A stretch of DNA of 64,000 nt from assembly GCF_006345805.1 (NCBI RefSeq), contig NC_042997.1:58652001-58716000 (forward strand), written 5' to 3'. The stretch is from Octopus sinensis. Taxonomy: Eukaryota. Below the pieces are notes generated by a model. The model worked only from the letters and a program-made list of their open reading frames with translations. It did no database searches and was not told the origin of the DNA. Each line of letters starts with the position of its first letter. Within the stretch, counting starts at the first letter, position 1. Positions 1-12,429 of this stretch are shown piece by piece. Position numbers and translations under genes: made by a program.

Positions 1-95
1 GGCACAAGGACAGCAATCTCGGGGTAGGGGTTACTCGATTACATCGACTCCAATACTCACCTGGCGCAGATTTATTTTTTGTCTCCGGAAGAATG

Positions 96-376
96 TCTTG
101 GTATAAAAGATAGGCTACACCAAGTATTCTGCTCAATACCACAGATTTGCTTTCCTTTAGTGAGCATGCTCCTTAGTGGCTGATGATATGTGCATCTCTG
201 ATCACGAGCAGAAGTAGCTGGGGAGCGTCATATCCATGTGTTGAGAGGAATTCTTTGAGGTTCGGATAATTCACCTCTGGAAACGTGGGTGTTTTGTTCA
301 ACATCCTTAAACAACTCTTATTCAGGGACCTTTTGAGCGGGATGGGCTACTCAATAATAATAATACTCTCTCACTC
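96..376 (+). mobile_element. Partial copy of non-coding AAT-flanked retroposon-like repeat (family D), internally deleted
   Basis: Matches 58243-58787 (tcttggtataaaaga...gggctactc; 3' end ctctctcactc followed by (AAT)n). Confidence 0.8.
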
Positions 377-430
<54 letters not shown>

Positions 431-460
431 TAATAATAATAATTAATAATAATAATAATG

Positions 461-504
<44 letters not shown>

Positions 505-516
505 TAATAATAATAA
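377..516. repeat. (AAT)n microsatellite
   Basis: Direct reading. Confidence 0.98.
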
Positions 517-1544
517 TGTGACTTACAATGATGCAATTGTCTCAGTGAAAATACGTGGCTTTCAAATCTCAAGAAGAAACTCAAAAGCCAAAACACGGAA
601 TGAAAGCAATTTAACATAAAAACCAAAACAACAGATTAATAACGGCAAAACGACAGAATTGACGAAAGGGGAAACATCTGTTAGTAAAAGAAACGGAAAT
701 AGCTGCCTCGAAGAAAGCTATGTCAATAAAAAAGAGTAGTTTTAAATACAACACGTGTTCGTAAAGAAAATTGCATTTCTCGAAAATGTAAATAGCTGAA
801 ATGACTTTTCACGAGATTGTTAGTGTCATTGTCTTTATAATTAAAGGTTCTGCTTTACTGCTCATTTTAATGTTAATTTTATCGCGTGCTTGTCTGTTCA
901 ACATTCATTTATGACACTTTCTAAGCTACTGAGAAAGAAAATAATGAAAAGAAAAGACAGCGGCTACTGACAGAGAATGCTGTTTCTATTGTAATGAGAT
1001 ATTAACTAAAGTTTTATAAACATTTTGTACCAGCATGATTACCCTACACTTTAGAAGTGAAAAATAAACGCGCAAACAATTCAGCAATGCTACTTAACCG
1101 AACGGATCCACATCACAAGACAGAATCTCAGCATGTACCGCTAAGTCAAAAACAAAATAACAATTACAAACTCGTTAGAAGTTTAAAAGGCTTGAATCGA
1201 ATATTTACAGGTTATAAAAGCTCTTTATTCTACCAAATTGTAAGTGGGGCTTGACATATCAAATCAGATGAAAAATCAATCCCAGCTTTTGGTTGGTATA
1301 AATTGATTAGTACAAATGATTAGTATAAATTAAGCGCACAACCAGATATTTTAAAGAGCAATCCAATAATTTCTGGACATGAAGGCATTAACATAGAAAT
1401 GCGAAGATGAAATAATACAACAAAACACACACTGCAAAGAATATAACACAGAAACGGAATAAAACAATAATATAGTTGTAACACAGAGCATTCTACAGCA
1501 TAACAGAGGTGATGGCAGCAAACAAGGAGTAAACTACGACAACT

Positions 1545-1574
1545 ACTGCTGCTGCTGCTACAACAACTACTACA

Positions 1575-1626
<52 letters not shown>
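1545..1626. repeat. (GCT)n/(ACT)n microsatellite
   Basis: Direct reading. Confidence 0.95.
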
Positions 1627-1654
1627 TTAAAAATAAAGACCAGCTTTTGGTATA

Positions 1655-1852
1655 ATACCAGGAATTTTAGAAGGTGAGAGTAAATCGATTTAACTGATCC
1701 CAGTATTTATTTATTTTTTTTTTGTCGACTCCGAAAGGATGAAGAGCAAAGTTGACCTCGGTGGAATTTGAACTCAAAACGCAAAGAGCCAAAGGAAATG
1801 CTGCCAACCATTTTATGCGATGTGCTAACGATTCTACAGGCGCACTGCCATA
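1655..1852 (-). mobile_element. Degenerate tRNA-derived SINE (family B)
   Basis: Core ccgaaaggatgaa...gacctcggtggaatttgaactc shared with other B copies. Confidence 0.8.
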
Positions 1853-1861
1853 ACGAGAGCA

Positions 1862-1900
<39 letters not shown>

Positions 1901-2292
1901 GTTTCAAATTTTGACTCAAGGCCAGCAAATTCAGGAGACGGGTTAGTCGATTACATCAACCCCAGTGCTCAATTGGTACTTATTTTATCGACCCCGAAAG
2001 GATGAAAGACAAATAGACCATGGCGGCTTTTGAATCAGAACACGAAGAGAGATGAAATACCTATTTCTTTACTACCCACAAGGGGTTAACACAGAGATGA
2101 CAAACAAGGACAGACAAACGGATTGAGTCGATTATATCGACCCCAGTGCGTAACTGGTACTTATGTAATCGACCTCGAAAGGATGAAAGGCAAAGTCGAG
2201 CTCAGCGGAATTTGAACTCCGAACGTAACGCAGACGAAATACCGCTCAGCATTTCGCCCGGCGTGCTAACGATTCTAGCTGCTCGCCGCCTT
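1901..2292 (-). mobile_element. SINE family B, dimeric form
   Basis: Head aaggcggcgagc..., tail-2 segment, restart at ggtatttc; same layout at 26272, 26934, 38479. Confidence 0.9.
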
Positions 2293-2296
2293 AGTA

Positions 2297-2374
<78 letters not shown>

Positions 2375-2395
2375 TAATAATAATAATAATAATAA
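2297..2395. repeat. (AAT)n microsatellite
   Basis: Direct reading. Confidence 0.97.
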
Positions 2396-2436
2396 TTTCT
2401 TTACCAACCACTAATGGTTCACAAACTAATTATGGC

Positions 2437-2552
2437 TTCTAATTTAGACACGAAGCCAGTAATTTTGAAAAGAAAGTGTTAGCCGATATCATTGACCCCA
2501 GTACTTAGCTACTACTTTATTTCATCGAAACCGAAAAGATGAAAGGCAAAGG
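2437..2552 (-). mobile_element. SINE family B 3' fragment
   Basis: gaccccagtact...gatgaaaggcaaag. Confidence 0.65.
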
Positions 2553-2599
2553 TGCAAAAATGAAAATTTACGTAGAAAGCCTAAAATTAAAGACCAGAA

Positions 2600-2945
2600 T
2601 CATATAATCCTAAAAGGAAAATTTATCCAAGTAGTGAAGGCAAAAGCATAGAGAATCCAGAGATTTGAAATACGAATCGAACAACTGAAACAAACTAAAA
2701 TGTGTCGAGAATACAAAATAAAACCTTTACAGAAACATTACGTAGAAATAATACGTAAAAGAAAATATCTTGACAAAAAATATAGAAAGTAGGAAAGCCA
2801 CCTAAAGGAAAGATATAATACGGAGACCTAAAGACAATTTAAATCATATGACACTGCTAGCCTAAGACGATATCAACACAGTGGAAAATATAATGGAATC
2901 CTTGAGAGGAAAAGACAATTGGAAATTATCTGGATGGGAAATATA
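2600..2945 (+). pseudogene. Highly degenerate Dong/R4-type retrotransposon pre-RT fragment
   Basis: Hand translation VKAKA*RIQRFEIRIEQLKQTKM and DNWKLSGW resemble R4/Dong motifs (KAQRIRRY, NWKAPGPD). Confidence 0.45.
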
Positions 2946-4129
2946 ACAAACGTTAATGAATTTGTTTTACAAGATTCCTGATATGAAATCATGTGTTGAA
3001 AAAGATATTGTTATATTTCAGGATGGACATTTTTTCTTACCAAATAAACACACGCACGATATATTCGTTCTTCACTCGTTTATTATTGTTCCTATTTTAT
3101 TTTATGCTGAAAATCTTTCGCCACATCTTAAGAGCCGCTGGAGAGGTCACAGATGTGTGACGAAAGATTTCCAGACAATGGACGGGAAATAAAATTAGAG
3201 CAATGATAATGGTGAAGAACGAATATATAGTACTTGCGTTTATTTGGCAAGAAAAACAAATGACAATCCCGAAATATAGCAACAAAAATAACAAATTTTT
3301 GGATAAAACACATACATGTATTATATCAATATGACGAACCAATTTTATAAAGTATTGTGCCTATTACAAATACCAAAGTGGTTGAATCAGAAAGCAACAC
3401 TCAAGCAAAGATATAGATACAGAAGTTCGTAAAAACTACAGACTAATCACTAACTTTTAATTCTACAAGATTCAAGTTGAAAATAAAGCCTAGGGTTTCT
3501 GGCAGACTTTGTGGTAGAAGGAGAATGGCTTGTGCTTAATGGGACCAACATCCTTAAACAACCCTTATTCTAACGATAACGGGGATGGAGCCACTGAGTC
3601 ACCATATCTGGGAATGTGTCTGCTGGTGATATAGAAACAGCAATAAGTCTGTTGTTGCTTCTACTGTAGTTCACTTACAGTCTTTTTGCTATTTTCTTTT
3701 CTGAGCAGGAAGCATTAAAGTGCCACATTTACAACAACAATTTTACCAACTCCTGGAAGATTGATTTGTAATGTAGTTTTGTAACAGTCTCTTTATAGTC
3801 TCTTTTCATATAAATGTATTTTTCATATAGATATATTGGAGAATCAACTTTCTATAAATAACTCGACAACATATGACTTCAGTAATTGCACGACAACACC
3901 AGATTGACAACTGTCTATTAATAATATCGGATTAATGACTATTTAGAAATATCGTCGAATTATCGAGTTTCAAATTATAACAGGAGATTAAAAACTATCC
4001 GATAAAACCACACTAGTAAACTATTATCTGTGGTCACTGAGCTGAAAATCACATTGGATACAGTTTAAAATACAGTTTAATAATACACAAGGTTCTATGT
4101 ATATTCATGGTTTCGATTTCCAGATCTGG

Positions 4130-4245
4130 TGGTGTGTTGTATTTTGGAGTAAAACACTTAATTTCACGTTACTCCAGTTCACTCAGGTGTAAATGAGAAT
4201 TCCTATGATGGACTGGTATCCCTTTCAACGAGGGTGTTGTGATTT
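4130..4245 (+). mobile_element. SINE family C fragment
   Basis: aaaacacttaatttcacgttactccagttcactcag matches the core of 32361-32678. Confidence 0.6.
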
Positions 4246-4375
4246 CGGTCCTAGGACTCATTTTTATTTTCTAAGCATCTTAACGTGAGATTCAGCAAAT
4301 ACTAATTACCCACACTCATCAGATTGAATTGGTAATCGAAACACAGTGTAAGGTCTAGTGTATTCTTTTATTATT

Positions 4376-4623
4376 TTCTTTTACTCTTTTAGTTGTTTCA
4401 GTCATTTGACTGCGACCATGCTGGAGCACCGCCTTATAGGTTTTACTGGCCCAGGACGTATTCTTTGTAACCCTAGTATTTATTCTATCAGTCTCTTTTG
4501 CCGAACCACTAAGTTATGGAAACATAAACACACCAACATCGGTTGCCATACGATGGCAGGGGAAAACACAGACACACACACGCATAAATACAGACAAACA
4601 CACAGACATACACACACACACAC

Positions 4624-4722
<99 letters not shown>

Positions 4723-4848
4723 CGACGAGCTTCTTTCAGACTCCGTCTACCAAATCCACTCACAAAGCTCTCGTCGGCCCGACGCTATAGTAGAAGACAC
4801 TTACCTAACGTGGTTGGGAAGCAAGCTTCTTACCACACAGCCACGCCT
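4376..4848 (-). mobile_element. tRNA-derived SINE family A with internal (CA)n/(TA)n
   Basis: Reverse complement of the 44840-45301 copy; tail ctccagcatggtcgcagtcaaatgactgaaacaa. Confidence 0.9.
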
Positions 4849-5244
4849 ATGTCTACTCCCTTATGTGTTGCTGTGTATGCATACTTGAACAAATTCATAC
4901 ATTCATACATTTCTACACATAGCCTTGTATATATATATATACATATATATATAAATAATAATAAATAAATAAATAAATAAATATATATATATATATATAT
5001 ATATAATTTTACATCGTTCTACTCTACTTTAGAATATTAACTCCTCTGTTAAACTATGTAGTTTTATTTTTATAGAAAGTCACCCGCATGTGGCGGCAAA
5101 CAATAAACAATAAAAGCAAGCCTAGAGCAATTACTTAATATATTGGAATTACGAAAGAAAAGTGGAAAATATCTAATGAAAAACTGTCATAAGAATGATA
5201 AAACTATCGATGCAATATATTGAAAATGTTCTGAGACACTAATA

Positions 5245-5372
5245 TGTATGTATATAAGTAAGTATGTATGTAGTATGTATGTATGTATGTATGTATGTAT
5301 GTATGTATGTATGTATGTATGTATGTATGTATGTATGTATGTATGTATGAATGTATGTGTGTGTGTGTGTGT
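5245..5372. repeat. (TATG)n + (TG)n microsatellite
   Basis: Direct reading. Confidence 0.95.
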
Positions 5373-5782
5373 ATTTCAAATCTTTACAGAATATTTTCTT
5401 CTCAGTTTAAATCTTTTTTCTTGGTTCCAGAAGAAAAAAAATACAATGACGCAGAGAATAAGCACAAAAACATTGAATCAATGCAACACTCCAATTTCTC
5501 TGTCTGTATGTCAGTCTGTCTTTCTGTCTGTCTAACATTCCCCCCTCTCTCTTACTCTTTTTGTCTCTCTCTCCAATGACCTTTCGTCAAAGACTGTATT
5601 TGCATCGATTCTCTTCAGTATTATGATATATAACAGCACAGAACGAGAGGGCCAGCTTAGGTAGTAATACAAATGTAATTGGAATTCTATAATAATCATT
5701 AGCTTCATTTTCTACATTTCTTTGTTTCTATATGGATTAAATAGGATTCTTCAACTAAATTATAATTGTTTTAGCTATAAGG

Positions 5783-5995
5783 AAGATGACAAGCTAGCAG
5801 AATTGCTAGCGTTTCGAACAAATGCTTAGCAGTGTTTTCTGACTCCTAACGTCCTGCGTTCAAAACCAACCGAAGTCAGTTTTGCATTTTATCTTTCTGG
5901 GGTCTATAAAATAAAGTACCGGATCAATGTCATTGATCCACCCGTTCCCCCTAAAATTACTGGCCTTGTGCTAAAATTATAAGAATATTATTATC
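5783..5995 (+). mobile_element. Old SINE family B copy
   Basis: Diverged head gctagcagaattgctagc... and tail ggccttgtgctaaaattataagaatattatt. Confidence 0.7.
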
Positions 5996-6093
5996 ATGAA
6001 ATCACAAAATATAAAGCTGTTTTCTCTCATCACAAATAAGGGGAACGGAGGAACCAATCAAAGCGCTGTGCGTAGAGAATATATATTTATATA

Positions 6094-7112
6094 TTGGGTT
6101 GAGGAATAATAATGAAGGTTTTTTTTTAATTAAAAAATGCACGCAGAAGTAAAACGCATTGGCAAAATGTTTGATGTTATTTAAAAGAGAAAAGTTTTGC
6201 TCTACAAGATAGTGCGTTTTGATTTTTTAATTTTATTGATTTTTGTGTATTATCAGATCACTAAAATGGAATGTCAAGTGGACAAAACTTCTCGACACCA
6301 TTAACTCTTTACATTAAATCGATGTGTTCAGGCCTCAAACCATCACCCGCCGTTGGTTTTTGCTCTTCAAAAATGGGAATTTTGACCTCAAGGACGGATC
6401 ACACACCGGTCGACAAAGGGCGATTGAATCAACTTTTTCACGAAAATCCACGTCAAATGACCAGAGAATTGACAGAGCAGATGGATAGTAATAAAAGAAC
6501 TGTGGTGAACCACCTTCACTCAATGGACAAGGTTCAGAAACTCGGCGCTTGGGTGCCACACACTTTGAGCAAAAAAAAAAAAATCTTCGTCTTCGAAAAG
6601 CTATGTTGTGTGTATGGTGGGAGTGGGAATGCATAATTCATTACGAACTGCTTGAACACAACCAATGCGGAGCTCTACGTTCAACAACTGCACCGACTAA
6701 ACGAAACAATTCAGCAAAAAAGACCGAATGGGCGAAATTGCGTTCTTCTGCAACATAACAACGCCCGTTCTCACATCGCCAATATGACCAAAGCCGCCAT
6801 TCAAGAACTCGAATTGGAAGTGCTGACTCAACCTCCATACTCTCCAGACTTGGCACCGTCAGATTTTAATCTCTTTCGATCGCTTTCGAACGCTTTGCGC
6901 GGTATATCGCTCAATAATTACGTGAACTTGGGGGCTTAGTTGGACGAATACTTTGAGTCAAGACCGGGAGATTTCTATCACCGAGTCATCGAAAAACTTA
7001 TTGAATGATGGGAAGAAGTCATAAACAACAACGTAGTGTATATTATTAATTTGTTGTAGTTTTTTTTGTTTAAAATGAATCTTAAAAAAAAGCTCATGAA
7101 GTATTCCTCAAC

Positions 7113-7116
<4 letters not shown>
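6094..7116 (+). mobile_element. Tc1/mariner DNA transposon, internally deleted, transposase pseudogene at 6271-6939
   Basis: ~30-bp imperfect TIRs (ttgggttgaggaata / tattcctcaacacaa) flanked by TA; WVPHTL, HNNARSH and YSPDLAPSD motifs; the segment with the first catalytic Asp is missing. Confidence 0.92.
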
Positions 7117-7155
<39 letters not shown>

Positions 7156-7200
7156 ACGTGTTTATGTATGTGTGTGTATATGTGTATGTTTGTGTGTGTG
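7117..7200. repeat. (TA)n/(TG)n microsatellite
   Basis: Direct reading. Confidence 0.95.
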
Positions 7201-7524
7201 AGTTTGTAGATACCCATTTAAAAGTATTAGCGTCACATTATAAAGTACTCTATAACCTAAAGTAGAGCGGAAATAGGTAAATATTTACTTGGCACATAGA
7301 GACCAGTCAATTATGAATTCATTTGAGTGAATTCGAAAAATTACGAATATGACTAATCTAAGTGCTAATATTCTTATATATACACATCTCTCTCACTCTT
7401 TTTTTCTCTCTCCTCTTCTCTCTGTCTGTCTGTCTGTCTCTCCCCTCTGTCTGTCTTTCTCTCGCTTCCCCCCTCTCACTCATTGCCATAATGTCAAGTC
7501 CATTGCTATTCTTGTGAAGGCCCA

Positions 7525-7632
7525 TGGCCAAGTGGCTAGGCTGTTGCACCCACGATCGCTAGATTGTGGATTCGATTTCCTGATTGGTCGGCGCTTGTTC
7601 TTGAGCAAAACACTTCTTTTCACGTTGCTCCG
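7525..7632 (+). mobile_element. SINE family C 5' part (tRNA-like head)
   Basis: tggccaagtggctagg...gattcgatttcc...ttcttgagcaaaacactt. Confidence 0.65.
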
Positions 7633-7975
7633 TAGTTGTTTCGTAGAGCTTCAGTGGCAGTATGACCCAACTTGTATTCGTACAAGAAAATCACTCGGTA
7701 TTGTTCAGTTGTGAACATTGTCATAAGAGCTGTGGGTAGCAATTTTGGTTAATAGTATTGTCTAGTAAGAAAAAGTGTTAAGAGTAAACACAAGCATATA
7801 CATAGAAACTCATTAAAAGTCCATTTACAGATGACTCATAAGAAACCTATTTAAGATATATTTCATGTGAGACAACCTAATATGTACCAAATTCAATTTA
7901 AACCGTAGATCCGATTCAAGACTAGTTCTAGGTGAACGGTAGGTATTAAAAAAAAAAACACTAATGGGGTTTAAA

Positions 7976-8058
7976 ATTTACTCCAGCTGTTTCGGTAGAA
8001 CTTTATTAATGTCTTCATAGATTACATCATAGCATAAATTTACCATCTTCAGGTAAAA
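7976..8058 (-). ncRNA. Hammerhead-ribozyme-like motif (type I, Penelope pLTR-type), probably inactivated at 16.1
   Basis: Minus strand: TTTAC-CTGAAGA-T-GGTA...TACC-GAAA-CAGCTG-G-A-GTAAA; stems I and II pair, palindromic stem III, U16.1 replaced by G. Confidence 0.6.
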
Positions 8059-8280
8059 TTTTTAACGATATAAGCAAGTGAGGGAAAATCTTGATGATAA
8101 CATACTCAACAACAAGTTGGATAAGTGGTGTTTTAAAAAAGAACATTTGAATTCAAAGAACATTCAAATAAAAAGAGAAATTAGGAGTATAACAGTCATG
8201 CGAGAAGTAAAGAGATAAATGATTCTATTATTTCAAACAGTTATCTTTATTGATTTAGAATTATAACTTGCTGGTATACA

Positions 8281-8318
<38 letters not shown>

Positions 8319-8415
8319 GTTAATCCAAACAAGAAAACACAGAAAAAAACACACCAACGCGAGGACGTGGAACAATTAAAGTATTATTTGACGCTCAGGA
8401 AAGAAGGGAAGGGGG

Positions 8416-8450
8416 GTTTAACGTTTCGAGCGGAGCTCTTCGTCGGAAAC
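8416..8450 (-). ncRNA. Minimal hammerhead-like motif with U4C core variant
   Basis: Minus strand: GTTT-CCGACGA-A-GAGC-TCC-GCTC-GAAA-CG-T-T-AAAC; palindromic ACGT stem III. Confidence 0.55.
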
Positions 8451-9632
8451 AAGGAGAAGGAAAGATCCCGAGAAGGAAAGACAGAGGAAAAAAATATTTT
8501 TGCTGGTGGTGCTCAAGAGATCACATGTTGAAAGAACAGAAGTTGAAAGGTAGACGAATCATGATTTTTAAAAACAAGAGAGTTTCAAAGACAAGGAATG
8601 TGTGTGGGTGCGTGTGTGTGTGTGTGTATGTGTGTGCAAGGATGACAAGTGTGTGTGTGCAAGGATGACAAGTGTGTTTGCGCGTGCGTGCGTGTGTGTG
8701 TGTGTGTGTGTGTATGTATGGTGAATAATAGGCATGGCAAGCTAGCTGTCATAAAGGAGTGGCATATATATATATATACACACACATATGCATTTACACA
8801 CAAACACACACACACACACACATATACGCACACATGCAGCCCTATATTTATATACCTGTATAAATATAAAATATAGAGATATAAACCAAATGATATAATA
8901 TAAAGAAATAAACCTAAGAAATGTATATAAGACATCGTTCACATAATATTAAACACGGAATTAACAAATATTTCAGTATTTAGAGAATTTAGAGTTTGCA
9001 AACAACTACAATGAGAACGCATGTCCAGGGGGTCGATAACATATTATAACATATGACTCAAATAATACTTAAATATTTAAATAATATACTTAATCACGTT
9101 AGAGAGTATGGATAAATAGAAACTAAGAAGAATTATTCGAAGCCTATTAGGTAATTGGTTTGAACTATGAAAATGTTCTACTAACGTAATGTTAGCATTT
9201 CACTGTTAGTGCTTAATTTTATACACATATTTAATTTGGGTATTGTTATCGCGCATAATTATTTAAATGTAATGTGGTTCAAAGCAGATTAATATTGAAA
9301 CAACTGTAATAGTAGACTTATGCTGAAATAATTTTTCATCTTCATCTTTGTTTTCTGCGTTACTCTCCGAAAATGCGTATCAGTTCATTTTATCAGTAAT
9401 AGATTCTTGAATTTTCCGTGGCAATGGACTACATTAACGGCCAAGATTTAACGTGTAGATAGCCGGCAATTAGTACTGGTGCACTAATATATATATACTT
9501 ATATCAATATACTTTAAGAATATATCAGAACTGACATTCCATTGGTTACGACGAATGTTCCAGTTGCCAGCTCATGAGCAGACAACTGGAACGCATACAC
9601 AATGAAATGTAGAAAAGCATAAATTTCACAAA

Positions 9633-10535
9633 TCTATATATATAAAACTGTAGTTGTGTGAGTGTCTGTCTCCTTCGATTTAGATTCCTAACTACTCCCA
9701 CATTTTGCGGTGCAGTTTAACCAAATTCGGGTATCTTATAGTCCTGATTCATATCGAGCCCGTCTGGGTATTAGCGCGCGTCTACGATGAGTCTACGATT
9801 TTAAAAATAATTTAACATCATGTTTTTCCATTTTAACGCATATTTTTTTAATTGGCGGCGGAGTTGGCGTCCATGCTCACACCTGCACCTGTGTTGCTTC
9901 TCCCCCTTCTTCCCTCTCTCGTGAAGCTGTGGGGAAGGGAGTGTAAGGAAATCAACGTCGTAAAGCGTTGTCAAGGAGACCAGCGTTCTTTTAGAACAAC
10001 GACTTCATGGCTTGAAGACACCAAAACAGAAATGGCTAAAAAAGCTGAAACAGATCCACAAAAACGGCAAAAACTGCCACACAGGGCAGGTTTCCTGTGA
10101 AAACAATTTGCACAACCGAATGTTTTAGTTGTTGCACAAATCTTTATATATAAAAGTGAAGTTGTGTGTCTGTCTCCTACGATTTAGATTCCTAACTACT
10201 CCCACATTTTGCGGTGCAGTTTAACCAAAACCGGGTATCTTATAGTCGTGATTCATATCGAGCCCTTCTGGGTACAAGCGCGCGTCTACGATGAGTCTAC
10301 GATTAAAAAAAAAATTACCATAAATTTTTCCATTTTAATGCATTTTTTCGCTATTATATAAGGGAAGTAACTCTCTAAAAATGTCTACGATGAGTCAACG
10401 ATTTAAAAAAAAATTACCATAATTTTTTATTCCATCTTTAATGCATTTTTTGCTATTTTTTTGCTATAGCTCTCTAAAAATGCTTATATAGTTATTTCCC
10501 TTACAAACCCGAGCAACGCCGAGCGATACTGCTAG
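9633..10535 (+). mobile_element. Non-autonomous Helitron, composite with two 5' ends
   Basis: A|TC start, CTAG|T end, degenerate GC hairpin CCCGAGCAACGCCGAG just upstream; ~200-bp 5' module repeated from 10141. Confidence 0.8.
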
Positions 10536-10965
10536 TAGTTTATAAGCTAATTACTTTCAACAACTGTTCCATTAGGAATGAACGTCATTAATTCCATAAC
10601 AAATGAAGTAAGATACGTAATTAATTACTATAAAATAGTTAAAATTAAATTAATTTAAAGCAATGTGTATCCTAAATCAGCAGGATTATTACAGGCTGTA
10701 CTTATCGTAGACCATTGTTGGTTTTGAAGCAGGTGTTGAAAATAATGAAATTATGAGCAATCTTTGAAATTTATGCTTTTCTGTTTTTTTTTATAATTCT
10801 TAATATACCTTTTTGATCGCTTTAGGCAATTATGGATATACATGCAAATTGTTTCCACGTGGGTTAATTTTAAATTTATAACGTGTCGGAGTTTACCGGC
10901 CCCTTACTAACTGATTTGTTACTATCGAAATATTTTCTGATATTTTATACATCATCACACACACA

Positions 10966-11029
<64 letters not shown>

Positions 11030-11104
11030 CACACAGAAACAAGCACATCTAATCTGCCTGTATATAAATATAAACTGTGGGTACGGGGGTATGATTACCT
11101 ATTA

Positions 11105-11400
11105 CGTATATTTCCTGTTTAGTACTGGGGATATTTCATATATGAGGACGTACTATGCATTTGTCTGAGGGTTTGGTCCTTTGGGTGCTTGGATAAAATG
11201 CGGATGTCAAGTTGACCCAGATTGCCTCCATGTTGGTCCTTGGCATGTTGATATAGTATGGAGGACTGTTTTAGTCGTCATATTGTCTCATATGTTCATT
11301 TAGTCTTTCCGCAATGCCCCTAGATGTCTCCCCTATGTATGTCATGTTCATGTTTTTACAAGCATCTTATGCTGTAGACTACGTTTCTAGTTCTACAGTT
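11105..11400 (-). pseudogene. Penelope-like GIY-YIG endonuclease remnant (frameshifted)
   Basis: Hand translation NCRTRNVVYSIRC...TYIGETSRGIAERLNEH...YQHAKDQHGGNLGQLDIRILSKHPKDQTLRQ aligns with ORF 50260-50919. Confidence 0.8.
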
Positions 11401-11543
11401 ATTGCCAGGGTTAATCCTACATACCATGCAGTTATCATTGGTGCATATGGTATTCTCAAAGTGGTACGTTCTACATGGTAGAAAGTAATCATACTCACAT
11501 TATATTTATATACAGGTAAAATAGTTAGTGAATTGTTTTGTAG

Positions 11544-11544
<1 letters not shown>

Positions 11545-11576
<32 letters not shown>

Positions 11577-12110
11577 CGTATATGTATATGCGCATGTATT
11601 TGGGCAAATGGATATGAATGTAAACAGATAGACATACAGACGGATAGGTACATTGGTAATGTGAACAGGCATGCACACATACACACACACATACGCAAAT
11701 GAAGACTGAAACACATGACCATATACACACACACTTCACTTCACACAAGGACACATATGGAGACACGCATCCACACATATGGAGACACATATCCATATAC
11801 ACAGACACAGTACATAGTCACAAAACCCCATACATACACACACAGACACTCAGACATGCACACACAAAGAGACAGAGGTACACACACACACATAAAAACA
11901 CACACACGAACACACAAACACAAACACATGGATATGCAGAATACATACAAACGTACACACATACATACATATATAAATACGCACGCACACACATACATCC
12001 ATACACACACACTTACATGCATGCATGCATGCATGCATACATACATTCATACATACATACATGTGTATGCGCACACACACTGACCCACACAGATGCGCAC
12101 AAACAAACAA
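11545..12110. repeat. Compound (TG)n/(CA)n/(TACA)n low-complexity tract
   Basis: Direct reading. Confidence 0.9.
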
Positions 12111-12314
12111 AAAGAACGCAGCTCGGATAGCGGACAAAGTCAGCGACTACTGAAAAGGTTGCAGGACACAACGAAAATTTTAGGAAAAATAAATTTACCT
12201 GTTAGTGTGTTAAATAATAAGGCAATAAAAGAGAATGACTCTCCCCAGTCAACAACAAAATATGCTTCAACACATGAACTCACATAAAGAATCCAAGCGA
12301 AATCCAAAAACGAA

Positions 12315-12354
12315 TATATATATATATATATATATAATATTATATATATATATA

Positions 12355-12403
<49 letters not shown>
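12315..12403. repeat. (TA)n microsatellite
   Basis: Direct reading. Confidence 0.95.
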
Positions 12404-12405
<2 letters not shown>

Positions 12406-12429
12406 GTTATTAGTGATAGAAGCAAACAG

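Noticed and set aside
5570-5625. CTGAAGA...GAAAGGTC on the minus strand resembling a hammerhead
   Set aside because: Stems I and II do not pair.
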